Assembly (NCBI GenBank): GCA_050084985.1
Contig: JBITNC010000001.1
Coordinates: 171,926,001-171,990,000, forward strand
DNA: 64,000 nt
Direction: 5' to 3'
Origin: Nageia nagi
Lineage: Eukaryota > Plantae > Pinophyta
The notes below the pieces were generated by a model that was given only the letters and a program-made list of their open reading frames with translations, was not told the origin of the DNA and did no database searches. The translations under genes were made by a program, and so were the position numbers. The stretch's first letter is position 1. Each line of letters opens with the position of its first letter. Positions 12,951 through 26,220 of this stretch are shown in pieces.

Positions 12951-13639
12951 ATAGATATTCTTTACTCAATTTTGTAAATGGATTCTACCTAGTAAAAAAT
13001 AAGGAATGAGGTATAAGCATTATTATTCTTTTGGTTTTCATAATTAAAATATCTTTTCTTTTTTTATTCCTTTTTATTTTTTTTATCATTTTCTATCCTT
13101 TTTTTCATTATTTCTTACATGTCTTATACTAGGATTTTATATTTTTCTTAGGCAATTATGACATGGAGGATAATCCCTAGTATTAAATGGGTTCTTAATC
13201 TTCTAATATAAAATTTGTACTATGTTATCTCATATAATTTGCATTTTGTACTTATTTTATCATTCCCTTGCATAATATATCTAGTTTCATCATCAAATTA
13301 GGTATATAGGGTTGTACAAAAATAGAGTCATTATTTCACATCTCATGTCCATAGGAACATGAACATTAGTTGACACTAGGTTACATGGAATTAGTTTTTT
13401 TTTATATAAATAATATATTCTTAGCCTTAAAATGATTATACAATTATTTTTAAACATACATTTTATCTACATATTGCATTTATAATTAAGAAAAGTGATA
13501 TGACATCATTCATAAGCATGCATCATACATATAAAACATAAACTTTTGCAAGGTAGAAAGTCTTGTTCATTCCTATATGGTCCTCAAAAATACATAAGTC
13601 TTTTTCATTACATTATATATCACTTTATGATGCTCTAAG

Positions 13640-15450
13640 AACTCTTTACTTCCTTTTTAACAAAAGATAGACTTTTGGTCCTAGAACCAAATAAAAAGGT
13701 CTTTTCAACCCAATTTGTTCCTCAAGTAAAATCATTTGCTTCTCAAGAAAATCTTCATGATTTCTATGTTTCATAGTCACTTCTTGCATGATGATAAGTA
13801 TACCATATCTTTTATTAGCTAAAAGAACATTCTCCATGTCTTATCTTGCTCTTTCCATAGTTGAAAGTCTTTTCTTGATTTCTTGAATATATTCATCCTC
13901 ACATTGCGAATTGCTCTTGAGATATTTGATTTCATCTTCATGGTTGGTTGTTTTCATATTTTTAGCATATAGGTTCAATTTTATTTGAGTTATTAATAAA
14001 AATAACAATAATTATAAAAATATATTTTATGCTACTAATATGAAAATAATAAGTAAAAGAGAATATTTTTGCATACTAAGTTCATTCCCTAATACTTGTT
14101 GAGATGAAGATATAAAAATGGCATAAGAGGGAAAAACCTTCACTTCCTATAGCTTGATCATCCCATACACCCCCATCGACATCTTCATCTTCACTCCACC
14201 AACTTCTCCCTACCTATATGGGTACATTAGGCATGACAACTACATCCAAGATGTGTACATCGATCTCATCCTCCCTACCCTCACCTACTTCCTTACTCTT
14301 CCCCTCAATAATAGTATCTAGTTCAATTTCCTCATATATGTTAAGCATGTCATGTCATGCTTCATGCCACCAATCCTTGTACTCTTATGTAAACTTTGAT
14401 ACATCAACACTCATCCTCATTAACACTTTTTGATCCATCATCTTATGGAGGCATCAAATTTTACTTCCACTTGGGTAATACTTCATATGTTCTTTGTTCC
14501 TATGTACGGTAATGATAAATCCTCACTATAATATTGCATGGATTTACAATTAACTAACATCTCCCACATTATCTCATCACCCTATTTGGATGATATGGAT
14601 TTATAAAAAAATTTCTAGTATGAAGATATCATGGAGTTATTTTCCATCCCAACTCACACACATCCTCACCCTATTTTGGATCATCATAAGGCCTAAATAC
14701 TACATCACCCAACACAAGATTATCTATCACTCTCCTTTATGCCTTTATGCCCAAGTTAGAGATTCTTCATTAGAAATAGGCCATGGGAATTCAAGTGGCC
14801 TCATAATTTCTATGTATTGCAATAGAAATGAGTGGTAAATTCTTCTTTCATTCTTTATAATCATCACATAATTACATAAATCATGGTACAATGAAGCCAA
14901 AATATAAGGAACCCAACCAAATTTCTCACCTTTGCACATATCTCGCGGATGATCTCAAGTGGAAAAACCTTTTGATTTTTATTTAGATATATAATTGTAT
15001 CAATATATGAAGCCTTGATGAGCTTCTCTCGTATAAATTTCTTTACCTTATTCTTGATGGCTTAATGAAAATATCCCTTATCCTCATGATAATACTCTTG
15101 ATGCATGTCCTACTCAGCTAATCTCACCTTATGTGAATAAGTAAACCCTTCTTTAATCTCAACCACATGGACCTTGATGGCTACTCAAAGTATGTGAAAG
15201 ATATCCTAGAGAACAATGGTGATTTCACTTGTAGGAAGGTGAAAGTTATTGGTAATCTCTAACCATCTCTCTATCAAGATACTCAACATCTCATGATCTA
15301 TAGAAACATATGGGTCAGTGAGAAAGTAACCCTTTTTTACCTTATGTAATAACCTAATATACTTAACACTAAGCTTGTCATGATAACCTTGTACTCATCT
15401 CCAACTATTGCTTTATGGTTTAGGATCCATCAAATGTTGTTAGCACTAAA
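13640..15450 (-). pseudogene. Plant mobile domain (PMD, aminotransferase-like) ORF with coiled-coil tail, antisense to the gypsy gag
   Basis: ERWLEITNNFHLPTSEITIVL*DIFHIL (~15195-15275) and FGWVPYILASLYHDL (14745-14939) match the PMD hallmarks ERWxxETHTFHLPxGExTITLQDV and WGxAxLAxLYRxL. Confidence 0.8.
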
Positions 15451-16479
15451 ACATTCATAACAAGGTACACATGTTAGTATATTATTTTCAAAATTAGTTA
15501 TTTACATGAATATAGAAATTTTTAAAAATTAAAATATATCATGAAGACCTTAAGATCGTTAAAACATAGTATACATAAAAATTACTAATGTATCAAGCTA
15601 GCATTGGCACCTACACTAGTGTCTATGTGGGTCTATTTCTTAATTTAACCCTTAAAATTTTGGGCTAAGCTAGAAAAACTCAAATCTATGGTGAAAAACT
15701 TGTCATATTTACAAAACATTAGCCTAAAAATATGAAAATGATGATGCCTTAGGTATGCTCAAAACCCTATGATTTGGAAGTTGCAAATTTAACTTTGAAA
15801 TTTAATGCCTAATCTCAATTTCTATGTTAAAAATATGAAATGTAATAAAAATAATTTAGGGCACTTATCATATGGATAAAAAACATATTTTTGGGGAGTA
15901 GGTATGCCCAATGACTCATTTTCTCTATTAAATTCATGGTGTGATCCATGTGAAAGGAGAATTTGGGCTTACATAATAAAAATTGTTCCCTTAACACTTA
16001 CAATGTAACCTCCTCTCTCCATTTTTGACAAACCTTAGTGCTTCTCATCTCAAACTAGAGCTTGGAGAACTATAATAAAAATGAGAAAATAAAACTCAAT
16101 TAGACTATTTTAAAATAAAATCAGGCCATGCATATCAAAATCAAAATATGTTTGATTCTTTATCTTATTCTTTGATAATAAATGCATACAAAATTGACAC
16201 CACCCTTGCAAGATAAGCATACCCTCTAATTCTTTTTATATCATTTCTTGAACACACCAATAGGGATGCTTACAAAAATGTCCTTTATGATGTTAGCATC
16301 AACACAATTCTATATGATTAAAAAAGAAGTAAACTCAAATGGGTATAATTGTTCAGTTAGAAATAAGTCAAAAAATCATAACATATTTAGGACTGCAATA
16401 GGCATATCTAAAAAATATCTAGTTTACTTAGAAGATGAGAAGATCAAATTATTTAAAATATAAAATGGTATGGACTCAA

Positions 16480-16680
16480 GACCAATTATTCCATTTCTTC
16501 AAGTAGTTTTATTGATTTCTTGGTACAACCATTACTTACATATCCTCTAATCATTGCAGTCCATGAAATCATTCATTCATAACAAGTCTTGTTAAAGAAA
16601 ACCCTTGCCTTCTTAATGCTCCCATATTTTTCATACATGTCTATTAGGTTTGTTATCATAATTGCATATGATAATCCAAG
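16480..16680 (-). pseudogene. PLS-class PPR fragment
   Basis: TNLIDMYEKYGSIKKARVFFNK...ISWTAMIRGYVSNG...KLLEEM. Confidence 0.8.
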
Positions 16681-17585
16681 GATCATCATACAATAAAATA
16701 GGTAAAATATTTAACCAACTTTATAATTGTTAATGATATGATGCTATAATCCATAGGTGAAAACCAAGAATGATAGATATAAATTATTAAGGTATTTTTT
16801 GTAAATAATTTTATCAATATATATTAATGATATATTTTTCCTTCAAATTGGAAATTACTTGGTTAACTTCCTATAAATTAGTGGAATTTTTATTGGGAAT
16901 TATTTGAACTAAACCTGGCATAACCTTATTTTATAAGTTGGTTCAATTACTTGTTTGAACTCCTTTAATACCTAAAATGTTGGCCACACTAAAATAAAAT
17001 CAAAATTTTATGATGATAATTTTATGGTGGTTCTCTACTAATTATTTTTACATGTCATTGTATATTACAATAAATAATATCTTTTGTAGGCAATTTTAAA
17101 CTATCGTTACATATGACTATATAAGGTAGTTTTTTTAAGATGATAATAAACCACCCTAATATGTCATACAATGGTGGTTAAAATGCAATGTAAAATGTTA
17201 CTTCCTTAAAAAATAAACAAATATTTGGGTAGGAATGTTACAAATTTGGCACCCAACCCAAAAGTTGGCAAAGTATCCAAAATTTTCCCATATTTTGCAT
17301 ACATGTCTATAAAGGTGTTTACAACCATAAAATTCAATGAAAAGTTTCAAATACTCTTTGATGGATGTTCATACCTACTTTGATAAATTCAATGGTGATA
17401 TATGCTATAAGAATGCTGGCAAAGGTTGTAGAGTTTGACTTTACACCTAACAATTGCATTTTCTTAAAAGTATTTAGATCCTTTTTAGAAAACCCATTTT
17501 GTGCATATCCTAGGATCATTGTAGTCCATTATATTGCATATTGATGAGGCATTTTTTTCAAATAATTCATGATCTCTTTCAATGT

Positions 17586-18129
17586 TGAGAGAAAATGATA
17601 GAGCTTACTGTCCATGGTTTATTGATGTCAATATATAGCCTTGGGTTCTCAACAATCGAATCCACAAGGGTTACAAACTTACAAACAAGAAGTTAGAGAA
17701 TTTACTATTCTCAACAACACTACAGATCATAGCCATCTCAGTCCAAGAGAAGTAGCTAAATATGAGATAACAATACTCCAAACATAGCTTAAAACATGCC
17801 TAAGACGATAACAAACAAACCCCTAAAATATGAAGACAAAACAAATAGTAACAAGAAAGTTGTTACAAAAACAAACACATTCTGTCCGCACACTATCATT
17901 TTCTCCACACAGCGATCGACAGCGATCTTATAGGATCATCGACGATCGGTGAAAAATTGGTGACGATTGTAATCGGTGGTGATCTGCGCAATCGGTGGCG
18001 ATCGGCGGCGATCGGTGGCAATCGGTGGCGATCGGTGGCGATCGATGGCAATCGGTGGCGATCTCTGTCATAGGCGGATTTATTCTAGAACATTGTAAAA
18101 ACACATATTATGGAGTCAAAAATCCAACA
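17586..18129. mobile_element. Young solo LTR (544 bp) inserted in the PPR fragment
   Basis: TG...CA ends; TSD AATGT (17581-17585) / AACGT (18130-18134) differing by one CpG transition; CpG-rich interior. Confidence 0.8.
17912..18065 (+). repeat. 10-bp minisatellite ATCGGTGGCG
   Basis: Seven units in exact register at 17991-18060, with degenerate units upstream. Confidence 0.95.
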
Positions 18130-18379
18130 AACGTATCCATTTTATTCATATCCTATGATCATTACAATCTATGAAATTATGTTTGCATCATGTATCTTTT
18201 TAAATAATTCATGTATTGTAAAATTTCATTCATTGTAAGTATAATCATTCATGAATTGGTAGCCAATTAAACAAATACAAGAAAAAGAGGGTGAGTAAGG
18301 TGAAAATCATAAGGAGAATAATTCAATCATCATTGCCTACAAACTAGTCAAGGTATGAATCAAACCACTCCACATTGTA

Positions 18380-19360
18380 ACCATAGGGATATTATTTATA
18401 AAGTCTTTAGCTTCATCTAAACACCCAACAAAACTAGGAAGCTCAACCATACATGTATATTGTGTTGCATTATGGTTGTAATATGATAATAATCATCATT
18501 CATGAAAGTATTGATAACTCTCCTTAAATAGACCTACATTTCTATAGGTAGATAGTACACTTACTAATGTACCATCATTTGGACTAATATTCACATATTC
18601 CATTTGTTTAAATAGTTTGATAGCTTCCTTGTTATAATCATTCCTCTTCCTTACATTGCAATCATTCTATAAAATTATTTATTTATAATGCATATTATCA
18701 AACAAAATCCTTACCTTCTTATTGTTGCCACATTTTGTAAGTCTTTTATCATAAATATTGCACATAATAGAAACCCACATCTAGTTATTTATCTATGAAT
18801 ATCCATACACCATTTTGTTATGAATTCTACATACAACAAGTAAACAAGTCCATAATGTAGCATCAAGTTTTATTGGAATTCTATTTATAAAGTATGTTTC
18901 TTCATATATAAGTATAACGCAATCAAGAAGCATTATTATGAATTAATTGCATGTGTAATATGATAATATTCAACCATTCATTTGAAGTATTGATAGCCCT
19001 CTTTCACTAGACCTGCATGGCTTCATGAAGATAATACAATTATAACAAATGAAGAATCATCTGGATTAATGACCATTTATTCTATTTGTTCAAAAATTTT
19101 GATGGCTTCCTTGCATATATCCTTAAATCATTGTAATCCATGAAATTATTTTTCTATTATGCATATTGTGAAACAAAACACTTACCTTCTTAATGCTCTC
19201 ATATTTTGAATACATGTCTATTAGGGATGTGATCACAATTGCATGCAAAGGAAACCCACATTTAGTTTTTTTTTATGTGAGTTTCCATGCCTCATTTAAA
19301 AGATTCAAACGTTAGACATACATTAAGAATACTTGTAAAGGTTATTAAATTTGTTCTTAA
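18380..19360 (-). pseudogene. Two tandem degenerate PPR C-terminal modules (L-S-P2-L2-S2/E)
   Basis: TSLIDMYSKYESIKK, INPDDSSFVIIVLSS*SHAGLVKEGYQYF, YFINRIPIKLDATLWTCLLVVCRIH, YTCMVELPSFVGCLDEAKDFINNIP. Confidence 0.85.
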
Positions 19361-20245
19361 ATTAGTTAATTTCATTTTCTGTGTATTGGGCATTCTGTTG
19401 TATTTTTTGTGTACTATCTACTTTTGAGATAACATATGCATAGCACACACTTTATGGAGACAGCAATTTACAAAGCAATTGAAATTGTCTTCATCAAAAT
19501 TTAGATAGAGAATAGATCCATAGATACTACATTAAACCTAACAAATCTCACAATAGATGCTCACAATTGAAGATCTTGCAACAATAAATTACATGTCGTA
19601 TTGTCAAAGCATAAGTTTTTTAGATTATACACTTTTTAATTACTTAATTTCTAAACTAAATCATTTTCTAGAAAAAGCTTCATTGCATTTACATGACAAA
19701 AATATTTTAGTCAATCACCAGTAGTCATCACATGAACATTATCCATCCTTGAAATGGTAAAAATGATCAACATCCCTTAAAATAATTTCTTGTACAACCA
19801 TTCCTTGTATACCTTAGAAACATTACAATCCATGAAATTATTCACTTTCACTTTAGATTTTATATTACATGGAGAAAAAACATAATTATTTTGGATTCTG
19901 CATTATTTAATTACTAGTTCAAGGCTTCCAAAAAAAGTTGGTATGCAACTGATAAAGCTATATATGTTATCTACAAATTTCATCTTATGGCTAAAGTATT
20001 CATAAAATGACATTATACAAAAAATAATACATGTATTTTTAGATAAAGTGAGATAATATATAACATGGATCGATATGCTTAAAATAAGGAAAATGAGGCT
20101 TCTTTTCCCCATGGTCCTTTGTTTGTGACTATTACTTAGCTTAGTAGGTTTTTATTTATTATGAATCATATAGCTTTGAAGCACTTGGTTTATATAGAAT
20201 ACTATCAGCAACATGTTAGAAAGCATAAAATTGAAAATAAGAGAG

Positions 20246-21506
20246 TGTTGATAGGATTTGTGTAATGATCATGCACCTGTGTATCCCTAAAAAGTATCCT
20301 CCTATATTTAAAGAATGACTCAGGGAGCAATTTGATCTCTAGAGCTAGCCATTTCTGCATTTTTTAATTTAATGGAAACACTTATTAAAGGACAAAGTTA
20401 TAGAAAGAAATAAAGGACTAAGGAATAGAAAGAGATGTAAAAAGGCTAGGGTGTTAGAAATAAAGAAACACTGGCAACCAACCTAAGAATCCCTTAAAGT
20501 AGACTCATTATGGTTGGTGTCCAAACTAATAGCCACCAAGATAACGAATGATATTCTAAGATACCAAAACTTGAATGAATTGTTTGTAGATATAGATCAA
20601 TTATAGACTTAATTAAACATTCATATAGTGAATATAGATATATATAACACAACAGTTTAAGAATAAGATGATATAAATCATAATTGAGAGATCAAAAATC
20701 TTAATTCATTAAGCATTGGGTAGCAAGTGTAAGCTACATCAAAAGGGGTAAACATATGCATTGTTTTACCATTAGTACATCTTTTAAGGATTCATATATA
20801 GTCTTTGATCATCAAAATATCTACTAACAAAAATAACCAACTAATTCCTATAACATCATCTTTTACAATCAATAATAACTATCAGCAACTAAAAGGAACC
20901 TAACTAAAATCATTATAAAATCCAACTAAGATCTTTTTTCCAACTTATTTTCCATCTCATCTTGAAAATTTCCTGACATCAATGGTTCTAGTTAAAGCTA
21001 TTAGAGCATCTTTCCACTTATTCACTTCTCAAATCTCCAATTTTGATCTTGGCATAATTAGCTGGTTCAGAGGATCTAGTTTTCCCCCATTACGATAAAA
21101 TTATTATGTCTTCAACATTATTGTATTATAGCTGATTAGAACCATGTTACCATATTTCAAAATATCTTCATGCTTCAGTAATGTATCTAAAAGCTCAATT
21201 TCCCTACATTCTAATAAAACCAACTTCATTGCAATACGATCAAGTTTTGACAACAACAAAATTTATAGAACACTCTTGCACTTCGGTGAGGTTCATCTCT
21301 AGGTTACAGTAATATTAATCAAAATATAACATTTCCACATTCTAGCAAAGTTAATCAATTACTAATATCTTTGGAATCTAATAAAATTATCATCTTGCTT
21401 AAACATACTAAGCATAAAACTTAGTATACTTCTTCACACATACATAAGTAAGAGATACTAAATTATACCATCTTATTATAACTTCCAAAAATAAAATCCA
21501 TAGATA
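20246..21506 (-). repeat. Tat element 1, 3' LTR
   Basis: Starts TGTTGATAGGATTTGTGTAATG; colinear with 36150-37390. Confidence 0.92.
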
Positions 21507-24479
21507 TTCTGGTAGCTCATTGGTTGATCTATGCCACCAAATCATAAACTAAGGTTGTACATTTAGGATGTTTCATCCTCTCTTTTTAGCATTGATTGAA
21601 TTAGGTCCCAATCTTTGTTTGTAGGAATCTCAACATTTTGTACAAGTGCTAATGAAATAAACTAATTTACCAAGACATTATTGATGTTTGGATGTACCCA
21701 TACTAATTCCTTTACCCAGGTCATAACCTTATGCATCTCTTTGAAATAGTGCAAGAAATTTTCATCAAAGTTTTGAACTAACTAGGCTTCAAACAGTTTA
21801 ATATTTCTCCATTTGTAGTAACTAATGACTTAACTACATCTATAGGAAGTCAAAATCCAACATCATCATTTAGAATAGGCATACCATTACTATGTAAAAT
21901 TTTCAATCCCTCGTATAACTTATTCAACTCCTTGAGAAAGGTATTCATGCACCTATCCCCAACACCAATGTTATGAGATAAATTTTTAACTTTTATAATT
22001 ATACCAATTATTTCCTCATATTATTTCTCAAATAAATTCTTTACATTAACTGATATCGCTTGATTTATCATCTTAGATGCTTCCTGAGATTTCACCTATT
22101 TTTTAGAGATGATTTCTCTTTAATTCTCAAAATTGGCTTTATGTTTGTCTACCATCTTCACACAATAGAAAATATAATCTCTTGCAAATAGAATGGAATC
22201 TATCCTAGGAATAACTTTACTCACATATTTATTATGCATTTGTATAAGGGATATGAGTGATAGAGTTGAAGTGATCGGTACTAATTCATTAGGGGGCAGA
22301 TTTAGAGTCTAATTTTTCAATCTTTCTTCTAACTCTACTTCCTTACTACTTGCAACCTCTTGTATAATCATCAATTATTTCTCTTTGGTCTCATTTATGT
22401 CATGCAAATATTTCATCCTTACTTCATTCTCCTTCCTCTTATAATCCTCTTCAATCCTTCTTCTATCTCAGATAAATATGCACGCATCTTCTCATGATTT
22501 TAGGCATTCTAGTCCTTTTTTGATTAATAAACAATCACTTACGCATCTTTCTCAGCCAACTCTTTTTTTAGTTGTTCCAGCTTATTATCTAGAGATTTGC
22601 ATTTCTTATTTACTAATATTAGTTCATTATCCTTTACCTTAAGCTCTTCATATTTTTATGTTATGACCCTCTTCATATCCGAAGCTTCCAACTTTTGAAT
22701 CAAGTTAATAATTATTCTTTGTAGAATCTTGATTTTGGCCTGATGATGGACTTCTCTTTCCTCCAAGGCTTTCCTCTTCTTTTCTATCTTATAGTATTCT
22801 ATTTTTTCATTTAATAGATCAACATCTAACCAATCAAAACCTCTTCTAACATAGTTACTTTTGTCCTTCTTGCTAATTTTATCTATCTGCAAGGACACAT
22901 AAATATTTACTAATTGAGATGGGTCCTTTAAAAAAGTATCGACTTCACATGTCCTCATCCTAAACAAGTTATTTTTCACATTCAAGGCAATCTCAAATTA
23001 TATTTTTCTATGAATATGGGGAAGTTTTGCAACTCGCTATCATACCATGCCTTACTTTCCTTTTGAATCTTCTTAATACCTACTTTGACTTCACCTAGAT
23101 GATCAGGTGTTCCCAAAATGATTATGATAGGCAAAGAATCAAATATATTTTTTGTAAATTCTCTAACAACATCAAAATGAAGAGTTGAATCCTCCATATT
23201 ATCCTAGCTTTTGAATGAAGTATAATAATTCAAAGATATAATCTTTGTATTCCTTGTGACATGTTGAGAATGTTTAATTAGTAATGGTGGAGTAGTCTAT
23301 CGTAGAGATATCTCACCAATTATAGGATTTTTTTGGTCATCCATAATTGTAAATTTGGTGGAGGGTTTAGAATTCCTTTTCTTCTCAACACTCCTCTTTG
23401 CAATTCTCTTCTTAGTCATAAAGGTAATGTCTACCTCCTCATCTTCCAATTCATGATAACTAATTAGATAATTTAAGGCATTAGAAGGATCTTAGGACTT
23501 ATCATTTAGCTCCTACTCTTTAGAGATATAGTCCTTTCTTATTATCTTTTATATTTTTTTATCTTAAGGATCCTCTTATGTCTGATACTCCTGACAGGTC
23601 ATTCTAAGACTTGATTTTCTTCTTCTTCTTATAATTTCTAGGCCATCACAAGGATTAACCTTTGTTCTTCTTCTTTTGAGCAATCAATTCTTCTTTAGCT
23701 AATATTTTTATAGCATATTCCTCATCAGCTTTGATAGATTTATTTATATCATGTTAGCCTATTATGATCACTAAAACCATCAACATCTCTTATGTTTAAA
23801 CTAGATCTCCTTCATATTCATCATTTGAATTTGAGTCCCACTTTCATTTCCTTTTATGATCAACAACTGGGTTGCATGGTATGGCTACATCCTCTAGGTA
23901 TGAAATCAAATGAATTGATTTTTCTTATTATATAATTATATATTTCTTATCATAAGCTTCACTAAATTTCCTATCTTTCTTGCAACCCTAAGAAAATGAC
24001 TTATGCTTGCTCTCAACATGATACTACACAAAATACTTCTTCTTATACTCATTCCAATCAATTGCATCCAAATATTTCTACAAGCCTTTAAATAATTTAG
24101 GATTTTCTATTGAAGAGTAAGCTAACTCAATCTTGTAATCTTATTGCCAAATATCTCTCTCTAGTGAATTCAACATAGAACCTAACAAAAATAAACCCTC
24201 TTCTTTACCATTCCAAAAGACTCAAATATTCCTTTTTATACCTTATGAAAATTAAGGGCCTTCACATTTTTGGTTTGTAAAAGGTTCAAGAATTTATCTT
24301 CTAGATCATATGACCATTGGAAAATAATATCTTGCATCTGCATACTCTGCATTTTCATGGTGATGTCTTACTAAGAATTTCTCTACTTGATGGTTATAAC
24401 CTCAAACTATAGAGGAGGTGGGTACAAAGCTTTCTTCCTGGCATTCCATGTCTATATAATCCATCTAATGAATGACCTT

Positions 24480-26220
24480 TGTAGATACCCAAATCTAACA
24501 CCATGCACTATATTTGGAACAACAATCTTTTATCATTAGCATACTTATTTTATTTAGCATTAATCAGGCTTACTTTATCAATTTGATTACATTTAAGGAT
24601 GTTTTGTTAATAATCCTTAGTTGCTTATCATAGTTAATCTATAATTAATATTTATCATATTAAATTCTTGTTTATCATAGTCATTTCACTTTGGAAATCA
24701 TAATTTATATTTTTCATATTTATTGCATTTTGATTATAGCTTTATAATTGGGAAATGCGATTAACATTAATCATGTTAAATGTATTTTTGATCATAGTCA
24801 AACACCTTGGAAAATGTAATTAATATTAGTCATGTTTATTGTGTTTTTGATCCTAATCATTTACTTGAAAATTGCAATGAAACTTAGTCATATTTATTGC
24901 ATTTCAATCATAGTAATTTATGGTTAAAGAGCAATTAAACTTAGTCATGTTTATTGTATTTTGAACCATAGTCATTTACTTGAAAATTTCAAATAATATT
25001 AGTCATAATATTTACAATTTTGATCATAATCATTTAAGCCTAAAATATAAGCAATATTACTCATGTTGATTATATTTAATCATTTGCTTTATTTAGTCAA
25101 ATGTAAATTAATTATATAGCTTAAATATTTACTTTATAGAATTAATATTTATCACATTAATATGGATAATTTATTTATTGTTTATTTGCAAGAATATAGC
25201 TAGACAAAATTTACACCTCACCTTGTCATGTAATTGATGATTCACCTTGTAGGAAAGTAAGAAGATATGAGAATCCAATTACAGATTGATAAGTCATTGC
25301 TTATGTTCCAAATATGCTCAACAAATAAGAGAGAAGAAAAATGAATGATCATGTTTTCAATTTATTTCAAATCAAATAAGATCAAATCCTATGCAAATCC
25401 AATTCAAATCCAATCAAGAATCAATCAATCAATCAATAGTCATTTTGGATTGAAATTTATATATATTTTGAATTTAAGATTTTACATGTCACAAAAATCT
25501 ATTTAAGTAAGCTCATATCTCAATTTTTGGTCTGGTAACTTGTGCAAACTTTGAGCTTCAAATTTGTTGATTCTTGAGTCTTGGAAGTGATGAATTTGAA
25601 GGCTTTTACATCCAACAAGCTTCTACAATCATATGAGAAGAGGATTTGGGAGTCCTTGTCCTTGGGGCAAGCTAGGAATCATTCATTACAAGCATTGTTC
25701 CTCCTATCAAACTAAACATATACCCATCATACTTTTTGACCTTCTTTTCATGTTCTTTTTCTACAATAAGCTTATTTCATCATGTTCATGGCTAACTTTC
25801 ATACTTTAAAATTTGTGATTGCAAATTGAGAAATGCCTAAGGTCCCTAGGTTTTGATAGATAAATATCAATGTATTTCCATGAATGCCTAGGGTCATTGT
25901 GTTTCCATAGTGCATACAATTTGGTCAAATTTTGAAGTCACCTCAAGATCTAGGTAGCTAAACCAAGTATTATCATTCTAAAAATGATATTATCATGTAT
26001 AATATGATGTTTATTAACACCACCTTGAGCCATTTATGTTCTCTTTATTTAATCTTAGTTTTATTGGAAGGATGGCTTGAAAAAGCCTATTTAATGGTTT
26101 GATCTAATCTTTTGTTGTAGTTTGTGCTTATAGGGTTTAGTCTAGCCTACACTCAAACTAATATATGTTAAGATCTGAGTGGTCCTAAAAGGGGTCACTT
26201 TTATTTGAAATATTTGGATG
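24480..26220. mobile_element. Nested insert, probably a solo LTR
   Basis: Starts TGTAGATACCCAAA; flanks ACCTT/ACCTC; removal rejoins EMEVIH*MDYIDM of the extra ORF. The right end lacks a clean CA. Confidence 0.65.
24660..25080. repeat. ~58-bp tandem repeat, about 7 units
   Basis: Recurring TAGTCATGTTTATTGTATTTTGATCATAGTCATTTACTTG. Confidence 0.8.

Larger units (their letters stand above)
17280..18225 (-). pseudogene. PLS-class PPR fragment split by a solo LTR
   Basis: HELFKKIHDANIIS...GYE*NGYV|ERDHELFEK...WTTMILGYAQNGFSKKDLNTFKKMQLLGVKSNSTTFASIL; the frame across the junction is restored by removing 17586-18134. Confidence 0.85.

Noticed and set aside
16480-19850. Functional PPR gene
   Set aside because: Many stops and frameshifts, scrambled motif order, no N-terminus or complete E/DYW domain.
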